From Mobula hypostoma (taxonomy: Eukaryota), in assembly GCF_963921235.1 (NCBI RefSeq), contig NC_086097.1:37326001-37390000 (forward strand): 64,000 nt of DNA, read 5' to 3'. The notes under the pieces were generated by a model. It ran no database searches, was not told where the DNA came from, and saw only the letters and a list, made by a program, of their open reading frames with translations. The number at the start of each line of letters is the position of its first letter. Position 1 is the first letter of the stretch. Below are positions 37,169 to 50,899 of this stretch, piece by piece. Made by a program: the position numbers and the translations under genes.

Positions 37169-38684
37169 TTATTATTATTATTTGTATTTGCACATTTTGT
37201 TGTCTTTTTCACATTGATTGTTTGTCAGTCTTTGTTTCTATTGTGTTTCTTTGTTTTACTATGAATGCCTGCAAAAAAATTAGCCTTGGGGTAGCAAATG
37301 GTGACATTTTCATACACTGATAATAAATTTGCTTTGAACTTTGAACGGATATATCAGTGCTTCTCAATCAAAGTAAAATGATTATAGCTAAATGTCGCAT
37401 GCAAAGTTATTGAATATTCTGTATTATTGAAATTTGGAGTGCAATTACATTGCTTTCCAAACATGCAATACAGAATATGCAATAGATTTATTGGTGCAGA
37501 AAGTCTAGGTTGAATAAATAAGGCAAACTCAGAAGGCTCAATCCAGAAAAAGAAAAGCGAAGTGACAGAAAGAAAACCATTATTGACTTGGCTGACTTGC
37601 AGCAGAAGTAAGACCGTTTTTTTTTGTTATTTATACCTTTGCCTATAAGTTGAGGATAAGAAACTGCAACATGAAGCTCAGGTGGGTAATCAGATTCTAG
37701 TTCCAAAGCCTATGCTGGCAGGTGAAGTGAAATGTGTAAACTGTTGCTTTTTTGTTAACAGAAAGCATTTGATGGTAGTGCAGCCAAATGGTTCCTGAAT
37801 TTTCATAAAATTCGCCTTAACTTTCACATTTACATGATACAGCAGTGTTTTTGAATGCCTACAAATCAAAAGGAGATCACATTCTGGCACATCCTCTCCA
37901 TGAAACTAAAACAACCATATCCCTGACCAACACGCTGCAGCCTGGTGATGACAGAGTTGTTTATTTTCAAGTTGAAATCAAAGTAACTGAGATTTTCAAA
38001 GATCTTCTGCTTCACTTATCATCAGAATTTGACACATTCCTTCAAGTAAACGTAGACATTTTTTCCCTTTATATTAGATAAATTCAGCATATTTAAGATT
38101 TAAATCTAGGTTGAATCTGTAGCAAAGCCATGCACTGAACAATTCAGGCATTGGGTTCATGGTAAGCACATACACAAAATCCACCTTGAACGTGGATGTG
38201 TATCCCTGCAGGAATTGATAGTCAGGGTAGGGGGTAAAGTTTGTACTTTCCATGCATGAAGTCCATACACACCTCTGCCCTAAACCTTGTCTGTTCTGAC
38301 GCTAGATCATGCAAGATCACCCCATGTTACAGCAGTTGAAACTGAGAGGCTACTGAGTGATAACTTCCATTTGCCTGATGTGTACGCACTTCAGGTTTCA
38401 GCTGTACCAGCACCATATTTATAAAATCCTCCAAAAAATCCTCCGAGTTCACGGGACACATAAAGGAGCCCGTGGCGACATCCATGGTACTGAGAACCGA
38501 ACAGAATCCAATCAGATCTGTTAGGCATTCATGGCTGACACCAAATTTCTGGAAAAACTTTGAGCTGTTTCATAGGAAAGTATTAAGAGGCAGACAAAGG
38601 AAAAGATTCAAATATGTGCTCTAAAGCCAGTCTGAAAGTGAAATATAGACTCCCTGCTGAACCTCTGGGAACCCTTGGCTGACT

Positions 38685-41600
38685 CAAGGAACACTGACTG
38701 TGCCATCCCATACCCACACTTTGGAAAGTCCGATCACCTGGCTATGCTTCTACTCGCAGTGTATAGGCAGAGACCAAAGACAGTAGCACAGTGTGGAGGA
38801 CTAAGTAGGTATGGTCAATGGAGACAGTGGAGTGCTTACAGGGCTGCTTTAAGTCAGTGCAATGGACAATATTCAGGGACTCTGAATGAATACACCACAA
38901 TTGTCACTGACTTCATCAAGACCTGTGTGGACGAATGTGTGCCTTCGAGATAATACCGGACGTACCCAAACCAAAACCTGTGGATGAACCTGGAAATTTG
39001 TAGTCTGCTGAAGGCTAGACATGTGGTATTCAAGACCAGTGATTCAGAACTGTATGTCCAGGTACAACCTAGAGAAGACTGGTTCAAGAGTGAAAAAAAC
39101 AATTCTAAGTTGAGTCAGAGAAGGAAACAGGTGCAGGTCAGATCTGGTAGTGTTTGCAGGTCTTCACTTCGTACAAAGCGAAACCTAACATCATGAATGG
39201 CTGTGTTGCTTCACTCCTAAATGAGCTAAACAACTTCTATACACAGTTTGAAAGGGAGAATAAAATTACACTCGCTTTTGGAATGGTTCCAAAAGAGAAC
39301 TGGAAAATTGCAAATTTCACTCTATTCTTTAAGAAGGGAGGGAGGCAGAAGAAAGGAAATTATACTTTAACTTGATTTCAGTGGTTGGGAAGATGTTGGG
39401 GTCCATTACTAAGGATGAGGTTTTTGGGTACTTGGAGGCATGTGGTAAAATAGGCCAAAGTCAGAATGGTTTCCTCAAGGGGAAATCTTGCCTGACAAAT
39501 CCTTTGGAATTCTTTGAGGAAATAACAAACAGGAGAGACAAAGAAGAGTCAGTGGATGTTGTATACTTGAATTTTCAGAAGGCCTTTGACAAGACGCCAC
39601 ACAGGAGGCTGCGTATCAAGATAAGAGCCCATGGTATTACAGGGAAGATACTAGCAGGGATAGAGGATTTGGAATAAAGGAGGCCCATTCTGATTGGCTG
39701 CCAGTGACAAATGGTGTTCTGCAGAGGTCGGTATTGATGTTGACGATTTAGATGACAGAATTGATGGCAGATGATATTAAGGTAGGTTGAGGGGCAGGTA
39801 GTGTTGAGGAAACGGAGCCTGCAAAAGGATTTGGACAAATTGGGAGAAGGGGTAAAGACTGGCAGATGGAATATAGCATAGGGAAGTGTATGGTCATGCA
39901 CTTTGTTAGAAGGAGTAAAGACATAAACTATTTTCTAAACGGGGAGAAAATTTTAAAAATCTGAGGTGTAAGGGGACTTGTACAGGATCCCCTAAAGGTT
40001 AACTTGCAGTTTGAGTTGGCAGTAAGGAAGGTAAATGCAATGTTAGCTTTCATTTCTAGAGAACTAGGATATAAGAGCAAGGATGTAATGGTGAGGCTTT
40101 ATAAGGCATCGAAGGAGACTTTATAAAGCTTTATCAGACAGCACCTGAAGTATTGTGAGTAGTTTTGGGCCCCTTATTAAAGAAAGGATGTTTTGGCATT
40201 GGAGAGGGTCCAGAGGAGGTTTATGAGAATGATTCCGGGAATGAAAGGTAGCGTTTGATGGCAATGAGGAGCATTTGATGACTCTGAGCCGTTCCTCACT
40301 GGAGTTTAGAAGAATAAGGTGGGATTTCACTGAAAACCTATTGAATATAGAAAGCCTTACATAGAGTGGATATTTCCCGCGGTTGATGATGAGCCAAACA
40401 GCCTAATTGTGCTCCTATATCATATGCTCTCATAGTTCTGCAAATCCCTGCAGCATCTGTTGACTCTGTGATCGGTGGCTCGGAGGCCGATGTCAGAACA
40501 TCTTTCAAGAGGGTCAACCCTCTCAAGGTGTCAGGGCCTTGTCGGGGACTGAAAACCTGTGCCAACCTTCTTGTGGGAGTGTTCAAGGACATTCTCAATC
40601 TCTCACTACTGCAGTCTGAGGTTCCCACCTGCTTCAAAAGGGCAACAATCATACCAGTGCCCAGGAAGAGCAGGGTGAGCAGCCCCTCAACATCTAACAC
40701 CCAGTTGTACTCACATCTATCGTGATGAAGTGCTTTGAGAGGTTGGTCACGGCTAGAATCAACTCCTGCTGAAGTAGGGAACTGGATCTGTAATTTTCCT
40801 GTCATCACAATAGGTCTACAGCTGATGCAGTCTCACTGGCTCTCCAATTGGCCTCGGATCACCTGGACAATGGTAATACCCATGTCAGGCTGCTGTTTAT
40901 TGATTACAGCTCAGCTTTCAACACTATCATAACCTCAGTTCTAATCAACAAGCTCCAAAACTAGGGCCTCCGTACCTCCCTCTGAAACAAGATCCTTGGC
41001 TTCCTCATTAGGAGAACTGAGTCAGTGCAGCTCAGAAATAACATCTCCTCGCTGAGAATCAACACTGGTCCATCTCAAGAAGGCGTACTTAGTGGACTGC
41101 TCTATTCTCTCTACATCCATGACTGTGTGACTAGGCGCGGCTCAAATGTCATCTATAAATTTGCCAATGACACAATTATTGCTGGCAGACTTTCAGATGG
41201 TGACAAGGAGGCGTACAGGAGTGAGGTCGATCAGCTGGTTGAGTGGTGTGCAACAACAACCTTGAAATCACTGCACGGGATAGGAAAAAGCTGCAGAGAG
41301 TTGTCAACTCAGCCAGCTCCAGCGTGAGAATTGAGGACACCCCCCCCCCCCAGCATTGAGGGCACCTTCAGAAGACAATGCCTCAAAAAGGCAGCATCCA
41401 TCGTTAAGGACCCCCATCATCCGGGCCGTAACCTCATTGCTATCTTCAAGAAAGAGGTAGAGGAGCCTAAAGACAGACACTCAGCATTTCGGGAACAGCT
41501 TCTCCATGTCCATCATCAGATTTCTGAATGGACAACGGACCCAGTGTCACTGCCTCATTTTCCTTGCTCTTTTTTTCCCGCTACTTATTTAATTTAATGT

Positions 41601-41715
41601 TTTATATTTACTTCTTACTGTAAGTATAGTGTTTTTTAGTATTATGTATTGCAACGTGCTGCTACCACAAAACAACAAATTTCACAACATGACATATGCC
41701 GATGGTATTAAACCT
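38685..41715 (+). mobile_element. Degenerate Rex1/Babar LINE interrupted by a CR1 at ~39278-40375
   Basis: PHFGKSDHL (APE end), PNQNLWMN, LNELNNFY, DVRTSFKRVNP, PTCFKRATIIPVP, YKFANDT; 3' UTR to ~41715. Confidence 0.8.
39278..40375 (+). mobile_element. Degenerate CR1 RT fragment
   Basis: NWKIANFTLFFKKG, GKSCLTN, YLNFQKAFDK, LERVQRR. Confidence 0.85.
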
Positions 41716-41779
41716 GTGGAGAAGGTTCTTTCGGGATGGTATTGAGAACCTCAAGTCCCTGCACCAGGATGCTGTTTCT

Positions 41780-42955
41780 TTTACTTCAGCTCAGCATTTA
41801 GTATGATCATCCCTCAGAAGCTAGTGGGTAAACTGTCCTCATTGAGTCTCAACAACTCTCTCTGTAGCTGGATCTTAGACTTCCTGACAGAAAGGCCACA
41901 GTCGGTCGGTGTTGGGAGACACACCGCTAGCTCCATCACACTGAGCACTGAACCTCCCCAGGGCTGCCTGCTCAGTCCACAGCTGTTCACTTTGCTGACG
42001 CATGTCTGTGCTGTTAGATCCAGCTCAAACTGAATCATCAGGTTCATTGATGACACAGCGGTGGTTGGCCTCATCAGCAACGACAATGAGACAAGGTACA
42101 GAGAGGTTGCAGAGCAGATTATAGATTGATGCAAGCGCAGCAACTTGCATCTGAACATGGACAATACTAAAGAGGCGATTGTGGATTTCAGGCCACTCCT
42201 CTCTGCACATAAATGGCTTCTCCATGGAGAGAGTTAGGGGCACCAAGTTTCTGGGAGTGCACATAATGGACAATCTCACCTGTTCCCTCAACACCACCCC
42301 TTTAGTCCAGAAAACACAGCAACATCTCCACATCCTGAGGAGATTGAGGGACTGAGGCTCCTCCACCCCTCCTCCACCTGCATTCTAGCTAATTTTTACA
42401 GGGGCACGATTGAGAGTGCCCTGATTAGCTGCACCCCCATCTAGTACAGGAATTGCAAGGGATCTGACTGCAAGACCCTACAAATTAATGCAAGGACAGC
42501 TGAGGGGATCACTGGGGTCTCTCTTCCATCCATCTGTGACATTTATCAGGAGCACTGTGTACATAGGGTCCTCAGCAATGACAAGGATCCCTCCCATCCA
42601 CCCTACAATCTATTTGATCCCCTACCATCAAGCAGCAGATACCGTAACATTAGGTCAAGGGCCGTTAGGATGGGAAAAGGCTTCTTCCGCCAGGCCATGA
42701 GACCACTGATCTCCCTGCCACCACCCAGGTCTTATCATATATGAAGCACCAGTGGTGTTATACTGCTTACTTCTTATCTTGTAAATGCATCTTGTGTTGC
42801 ATGTTATTCTTCTGGAATATATTTTGTTATTTGCTAATTTGTTTGTGGTAATATTACTTTATGTGTTTTGTGTGAGTTATATGTACTGTGTTGTGCCCTT
42901 GGTCTGGATGAACATTGTTTCATTTGGCAGTATACATGTTTGAAGTTGAAGTTCA
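41780..42955 (+). mobile_element. Rex1/Babar LINE 3' half
   Basis: [45 protein letters not shown] motifs. Confidence 0.8.
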
Positions 42956-43489
42956 ACTCGAGGAAAACGCAGATGTTCCACATAAACAGCAGAAGGAGTG
43001 CACCACTTTCTAAACTATGCACCCAACCTCCCCATCACGCGCCATTGCCCCTTCACCCACCCTCCGCATCACGTGCCATTGCCCCTCCTAGTAGCAGAGT
43101 CAGCAGATACAGAACTCAGAGCCCACAGAACTGAAGCGGAAGCAAGTCATCCTCAGTCCTGCAAGAGGGCTGAGGGAGAAGAAGTTGACAACTCACTGTA
43201 GTCTTCTTCTGAATAAGAACTAAAAATTTTGCAGTCTCCTGTGATCAAACAATATACATCCAGCAAGGGCGATCCCAAAATAGGTCAGCACAGTTTACAT
43301 TATGATATTTTCTTTTCTGTTCATAACCATTTAGCATTGAATTTATTTCGATACCAATAAATATCCATGGTTTGGACTCTTCCAAGGTTTTGCTCATAAA
43401 CAGCCAACTTCATCCAGGAAAACAGCTGTATATCCTAGACTCTTCACATATTGCAGATAATTGGTAGTCTTCTGGAATCTAATAGGATA

Positions 43490-43810
43490 AGAGTTAAATT
43501 ACTAGCTATTGACCTGGAAACAAATATTTAAATTCTTCCACAGCAGCTAAATTATTTAAATTCAAGTAATTAAAAAGTATGAACTAAAAAGCCATTATCA
43601 TTGATAGTCACCTTAAAGCCTTACAGATTGCTGTAAAAATTCATCCTGTTTATTAATATCCTTCAGGAAAGGACATGTGTCATATTGCCTGTACTATGTA
43701 ACTTCAGACTGAGCAATGTGGTTGATACTAGGCTAATATTCAGGGGATATCTTGGGGTGGACAATAAAGTCTGACTTTGCCAAAGATGTCCACATTCTGT
43801 AAAGGAATAT
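43490..43810 (+). mobile_element. Old SINE/LINE 3' remnant
   Basis: caatgtggttga...ggacaataaagtctgactttgccaaagatgtccacatt resembles a common elasmobranch repeat tail (recognised from memory). Confidence 0.4.
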
Positions 43811-44349
43811 GAAGCAAATACACCTGATAGCTAGCCCTGCACTTGAACATTTAAAATATTGTGGCACTTGACATGACAGGAACTCTCCTGTGTAATTGAT
43901 GCCACCTTGCTGAAGATGGATGCCCATTGTATAACTAATGAAGAGACTTAGTTACTCAGATGACATTCACTGGAAAGCATTACCTTTGCTTGCTGGATTT
44001 ATGTCTAGCATGACTAGTTGCAGAAAGCCAAGCAGCTGCTGTTGACATTCTGCACCTCAAACATGTGGAAACACTTGCGTATATACTTCTATAAAGTCAT
44101 CTGCTTTTCCTTGCAAAACCTATGTTTTAATAGCCTTGCTCCATAATTCAATCTTCTGACACTGGGAATCAGCTTCAGAGCTCTTCTCTGTATAACCTCT
44201 AGGACCTGAATGCCTTGCATTTCTGTGACGACAGCATGCTGAAGTATTCCAGGTACCACCTAAGCAGAGCGCTATAAAACTGAATATAATTTGCTCTGAT
44301 TTTAGTTCGGTTGTTTGGGTTAAACTGTCCAGCATTTTGATTATTCATT

Positions 44350-44750
44350 GTGTCATTCTGCAGTAGTCAAATCTGTTGATTGTTAATGAAGGCAGAGAAA
44401 TTCTTTCATGACTTCAGTAAGTCATAAGGTGCCTTACTGATAAAGATGTATTTTTGCAACTGAAATAGAGTAAGGTCCAATAAGGAGCAACAAGATAATA
44501 ATCAGTCTGCTTCAGCATTGTTAGTTGAGGAATAGATAGTGAATAAATATTAACAAATCATGATCTTGCCTGTTCTTCACACAATTGGATTTTTAATATC
44601 TTAGTTCAATGTCTCCAGCAAAGAAAAACATAGCTTCCTTTGTTCTGTAGTGAAGTTTCAGCCTCATTTCTATGTCCAGCATTCTAGAAGGACACCTGCA
44701 CCCAAAACCCTCTGTCTAAGAGGAGAGTGTTGCCACTAAGACAAGGCTAA
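44350..44750 (-). mobile_element. Ancient tRNA-derived Deu-domain SINE-like remnant
   Basis: gttcaatgtctcc...cagcct...acctgcacccaaaaccctctgtctaagaggagagtgttgccactaagac resembles the reverse complement of a tRNA head plus Deu core; heavily decayed. Confidence 0.4.
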
Positions 44751-45467
44751 CCATATGCTACAGGAAGATTGACAGCTTACTACAAGAATGATACATCTTC
44801 TGAAATCAATCGATTTCTGCCAACTTTATCCTTTTCGACTTTGACAAGAAAATAGACCGCTGCTTCTGCTATCCAATTTGTCTTCTGCATTCCATACTAC
44901 ATCTGTCTACAATATAATTCACCTTCCTTAGTTTCACTTACTTTTCTATGTTTCATTCTGTAACTCCTTAACTGAATCCTTAAAGTGAATGAATTACAAG
45001 TACTGCCATCACATTAATCTTACATTGAGATCTATTGTTCAGAACCATTTCCTGAACCTTCAGCAGTTAAAGTACAGCATATCATATGACGTTCAGTAGT
45101 CCACATATGATGTCACTTCCTACTCTAGAAAATGTATTTCTTAATCATCTTAATTTTAATCTGGTCTGGACCTAAATACATACCGTATTCGCAGCTGGTC
45201 TGTAGAAGTTAGAAGAGAATTAGTATGCATGTGTGGAGGAACTCAGGTTAAAACGTCATCAGGGAAGAATCAAATTGCTGAGTATCTTTTTTTTGTTATT
45301 ATCAATGGATACTTGAGGGAGATTGAATAATGCTCAACATAGCCCTTGAGTGACCACAATAGAAATAATCCCGGTAGGAAACGCTCCTATTAAACCCAGC
45401 AAATTGGTGCATGTGTTTGATGTAAGGAAATGTTACTCTGCCTCCATAGAAATATCTCTGATTCAGA

Positions 45468-45835
45468 AGCAGAGTCAGAACCAGAATCAGGTTTACTATC
45501 ACTGACATATGCGATGATGTGTTGTTTATGACAGCAGTACAGTGCAGTACATAAAAATACTATAAATTACAATAAGATATATATGTGGAAAAAAATAACC
45601 AAAATAGGTTGTGCAGAAAGACAGCAAGATAGTGAGGTAGTGTTCATGAATTGGTTCATCTTCTGTTCAGAAATCTGATGGAAGAGAGGAAGAAGTTGTT
45701 CCTATAACACTGAGTGTGTGTCTTCAGGCTCCTATATGGTAGAAATAAGAACAGAGCAAGTCCTGAGTGATGAGGGTCCTTAATGATGAGGCATTGCCTT
45801 TTGAAGATGTCTTCAATGCTGGGGAGGTCAGTGCT
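45468..45835 (-). mobile_element. Rex1/Babar 3' end
   Basis: (ATTCTG)n-like tail; RT C-terminal PSIEDIFKRQCL...KDPHH-like segment. Confidence 0.6.
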
Positions 45836-46629
45836 CCTGAGTTTGTTAGCAAGTCAGTCAGGACAAGGGCAGTTAATGACATGCATTGAGGTTGATTTTA
45901 CCAGGATGCCCACATTCAGTGAATGAATATGTTTTAAAAAGTTGACTTGCTAGATGTCAACTTTGAGAGCAAATCTTACAAGTGTGAGACCAAGAAAGTG
46001 GCAAGCTTGACTAATCTGTGGTCTCCTAAAGTCAATCAATGTTGTTATTTATTCCTAATGCATTTCCCAAAGGTAGGTATTTGAGGTGACCATTTGTGGT
46101 TTCTATTTTTCTTGGTTGCTCGTTAACCTCTCAAAAAAGAACATTTTTGAGAGGTATAGGCAGCTCATTTAAATGCCAACTATGATTCAGAAGGAGTTTA
46201 GCTCCAAGGATTTTGTTTTCTTCATTTTGAACTAATTTAGAAGTAATCCGTTTGACTCCTGGAATCAATGAACATTTCATTTGTAGCTAAAATTGATTCC
46301 ATGGCTCTTGTTTGCCCACCTGAGATAACATCCTGTTTAGTGGTTATAAAGTGACTGCCAGATTTGCATGAAAAGCAACATGTGTTAGAAGTTGTTCTTA
46401 GACTTCTGCTATCCAGAACCTGCTAATGATCATTTATCATTTACATGCTCAAACTTATTGATGATAGTTACTAATTTCAGCCATTAATGAACAATGTTTT
46501 AAAGTTCAATTTGTCAAAATAATCCCTTTAAGGACCACATATTTTTTCTTTTGCTTGGAATGAGTAAATTAAAAGATCAACTCAAACACTGGACAAAGTG
46601 CAAAGCAGGCAATTGGTTTTAATGACACA

Positions 46630-47140
46630 TAGGACGTTGAGTAGAGAAGGTTGGAATATTGTTCAGAGTTCTGGTTTTCATGGTGAATTGGAAGCACACT
46701 GGAGAACAGAGTGCAGAAAAAGAGTTATGAGGATGATGGCAGAACTAAAAGGTTGCATTTTTCAAAGAAAGATTCAGCAGACTAGAATTGTTTTCTCCAC
46801 TGAAGCAAAGGATGGAAAGTAACTCAATAAAGTCCTATAGATATCTGACCAGTGGAAGAGAGAAAAAAACAGGAATGATAAATGTAAGATCAAGATCAGT
46901 AAAATCTGAGAAGCAATTTGAGAAATTTATTCCCACCAAGACTGGTAAAAGTTTGAAACTTGCTTCTATTAGCAACAGTTGAATTGAACAGCATAAAAAC
47001 ACCAAAAAAAAACTTTATCAGCACGTGAAAAAGGGAATAGTAGGATGTACTGAATGAATTAAATAAAGTCAGAAGAAGGAGGCTTATGTGGTGCTTAAAA
47101 GTTGGTACAGAGCATTTAGGAGCATTTAGGATTCTATGTA
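46630..47140 (+). mobile_element. Ancient CR1 3' remnant
   Basis: LEYC..FW and EQSAEK..MRMM remnants of the LEYCVQFW / LERVQRR motifs. Confidence 0.45.
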
Positions 47141-50100
47141 ACTTGATATATCTGCACTAAGAAATGGATCATAATTGTGCAACTGAAACAATCTGATCAT
47201 AAGGTAACTGTCTCTCTGACAAACATGGCCTTCAGTGAGCTAGCCCACACTCCTGTTATTTTCACCATTCCCATTAGACATAATTGCATTGGCAAAAGGG
47301 GATATATTTACTTTTCAAGAATAGAACAAAATATTCAAAAGAAGTTAATTTCATAATTTTTAAACACATTTGTTTTATTTAAAGACATGGCTGCAATAGT
47401 TATTTAAAATACAAACCTGCATGTAACAGATAGATAGATAATTTAGCAGTATCTCTGAAATTACTCTCCAAGCTTACTGGAATGTCCTTAAGGAGATCAA
47501 ATTATAGCTCTATAATTAACTCCCAACTCTTAAACCATCTAACTCTGGCGTAATGATAACAGCGCTTCTCAATTGTAATGCATTCGATTGTACTCTGAAT
47601 AAGCCATTTATTCCTGAACACGTAATTGAAACATTGAATTACACATACAGGGGCAGAGTGCTTCCAATAATACGTACAGATTTTGCATCAAAATTATGTT
47701 AATATACATTAATGATAAACAGCCCGTTTTCTAAAACATAGGCATTCGGAGATGTATTAGATTAGCAAAGCAAGGTATCAATCAAATTAAAAAATGATGG
47801 TGACTTGAGGCGAGGACGGTGATTTACAGCGTCTCAAATTGCACACAAACGCCCTGACGAAGGGTTGTTCTCTCAGACGAGGGACGAAATGCCGGTAGGG
47901 CAAATGCTTCAAGAGAAATAAGAATTCCGTCCAGAAATTCTTATTTAATAGAGAAAAATGATGTCAGTGAGAGATATGTGGGTTGATGATGGAGGGTTTT
48001 ACTAGTTTTTTTGCCAGCTGATCGTTCCATTTAGCAGCAGTAGCAAATGCACGGCAGAATTAGCCCACAGGCTTTTCCCAACATCTTGAAACAAGCAGCA
48101 GCTTTAAATGAGGTCGTCCCTCCAGCTTCTCGGGTTAAAAAAGGCGGGCCTGTAAAATGTGGTAGAGCCATTACAAGAAACCTGAGATCCATTCATCATG
48201 CACTCAAATCGCCCCATTGCATTTGGATTGATTAGAGACAAACGATACCGTACAGTCCAGAGCACTGGGACCGTACCTACTGATTCCAAAACCTTTAACT
48301 TGCTTTTAGGGCTTCTCATTTATGCCTTTTACAATTGAGGACTGAAGTACTAATTTTGGTGCAATTATTTCCTAACTGTGACTGGAAATTAAAATATATT
48401 ATTGATATGATCCTTTGAATTAATAACCTTGCTTTAAAGATTCTCGTGATGCTTCGCTACCGGAGAATTGCCATACAAAAAAATCGCCGTGTGTCGAAGG
48501 CGAAATTTTAAAGACAATTTCAACAATAAAATGTTTTACATCTTTTTTTAATTTTAGGGGCGATCCTCGAAGATGAACTCACAACATAAATAAGGCAAAT
48601 AAATCGCCATTAGCAAACAGTAGTATTCTCCTTTACACACGTGCACTGAAAAATGACCATAAACAATCCTGAATAATCTCGGTTTATGTATATATGCTAT
48701 CAGAATTACATTGCTAATTTTCGCTGACGAAGTTCTCATCCCCATAGTCCACTACTTCGTAGGCCATACGCTATTCTTATCTTTAGTTCCACAGAGGACG
48801 GGAGAAAAAAATGAATTGTTATTGCGCACAATTTTAATTGCCGCAAAGGCTGCCTAGTTCTTAACAACCCATCTAATTCGCACCCCCCCCCCGTATTCCC
48901 ATCAGTGACAAATAAAAGGAATGTGTGATTTTGCGCTCACATTGCTAAAAGGAAACCAATGGGGTGTGTCCAGTGAGACCTCCCTCTCCATCCCATTAGA
49001 CTGCGCCGCAACAAATCAACCTTCCTGAGCCCTCATTTAAACAGAGAACACCAGCTAATTAACTCCATCTTTCCAGACAAGCTCTATTGTTTATTTAATG
49101 TCACACAACATTAGTATCATTCACACTTTCCTCTTACTAAACAGCATTCTCCCGTCATTACAAATAATTTTATATGGAACTTGCTATTATCATCGGGGAT
49201 CAAACCTGTGACCAAAGCGTTCACTTTGTAACATGCTAACTAATATGTTTATTTAGTTTCATTGGGAAATTATTTTGTTATGAGGAACGCGGTTGAAATT
49301 AGCGAACGCCCGTCTCATTGTTCGAAATACTTCCGAAATTGCCCAGCAGAAAATGCTACTAAAGTCAAAAACCCTTGACTTAATATGTTTACATTAATTG
49401 AATTTTCTATTATATCATTGACCATGGAGTTAAAAAAAAGGTGACATTTCTATTTCAGACTGCATTAAGGCCAAACTTATGGAGATAGATATATTTTAAA
49501 TTCCCATAAAATTATCTCTAATATCTTAATAGACGCGCTTTCTTACTGGGATAGTGGTTTAATACTATCCAAAACATAAAATTTACTTGCTTTTAAATAT
49601 CCGACAGTCTACTGGATATGATAGATTTCTTTTGTATGGCCATTTGCACTGAACATGCGGACTTGAACAGAAATTATCAGAAATTAAGCGTTTTACTTTT
49701 AAAACTTCGTTTTAGTTTTTCCTGGAATTTGTTGATATAAATACAGCGAGAATATGTTTAACTATCACTGCTGACTGTTTGTCCACTGCAGACAAAAATT
49801 GTGGGGCGCTGCTAAGTAGTTCGCGCCCAGTAACAACCTGCCATTGTTTTTGTTGTTGAAGGCACTATAAGTAAGCTTAATACTAAAAGTAGGTTATATT
49901 TTCCTTCAAGACGGACGAACTGCTATTGGCGTAGAGAAGGATCGTCCCAGCCCCAGATCTCCCAGGGCGCTCGCAAACATTGTTTTTACAGGTGTTCAGA
50001 GGAATCACTAAAAGTGATTAAAAGTTTATTCTAAACCAAGCTAATGGACTTGGGGAGGATTTAGATAACTTCAACAAAATGAATGGCAGAATTTGTTAAA

Positions 50101-50899
50101 TGTTTAGGGATATATCCGTACATTTACAGAAATGGGTTAACAAAATCTGCGGACCTCCGCCTGGTCATAGAAACCTGAGAATCCGGAGAGAAGGGGTATA
50201 ACATTTCAATTCACAGTTAACTAACGTTAAGGAAACGTGACATAGTCGTTAAAACTGCAGAGGGACCTAAGCGTTTGAAAAGTTTTATCAACAATTTTCA
50301 TACGTAATTCTACAGAGGTAGGACCTCCAGACAAAGAGGAATGAATGGAGGACAAACCCAACGTTCATGTGATAAGTTTAACTACTTCTTATAGAACTAG
50401 TCTTTTTTCTTGTGACACAAGATTAATGTATAACATGATACCCTGCTCAACCAGCGAATAACATTTTTACTTTGATATATTCATCGGAGCAAAAGAAAGA
50501 TTCTTATTTCACCCCGGGACGTTTGCTCATGGTGCAGGAAAGGCCATAGATAAAGAATGTGTTCACTAAATAAAGGGGATTATGCGGAACCCAATAAATT
50601 ATTCTGAAGGCACCGCTCTAGTCAGGTACGTGTTTTATCAACTGCATACTTGGGCTCGTTTTTAAAGTTGTAATCGCCATCAACCACAATAGACTAATGG
50701 CTAGTTTGAGCTGAAAATGCATTCATTATTTAGAATTCTTAATACGTCAATAGCAAGTTATATTTATCCAAATGCCAGCCTATTTACAATAGCAACCCTA
50801 TTGAAAACCTTTAAGGCATATTCAAGACGTTTTCAATTGGGGAAAAATATCAAAGGGAAAATTAAAACAAGAGATTTGCTGCCAACGTGAAAAGGCAAG

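Larger units (their letters stand above)
32490..37346 (+). mobile_element. Rex1/Babar 3' portion (32490-~33090 and ~37170-37346), split by the Dong-like insertion
   Basis: RFSMSSKTLKIFYRCRVESILIHCIMTWYGN...LQKVVDTAQSI; the 3' UTR breaks at a (TTA)n tract and resumes at ~37170, ending taataaatttgctttgaactttgaac. Confidence 0.7.

Noticed and set aside
1..47500. Exons of SIX4 or another host gene upstream of SIX1
   Set aside because: No SIX domain, homeodomain or other recognisable host protein in any long ORF; small exons cannot be excluded by eye.
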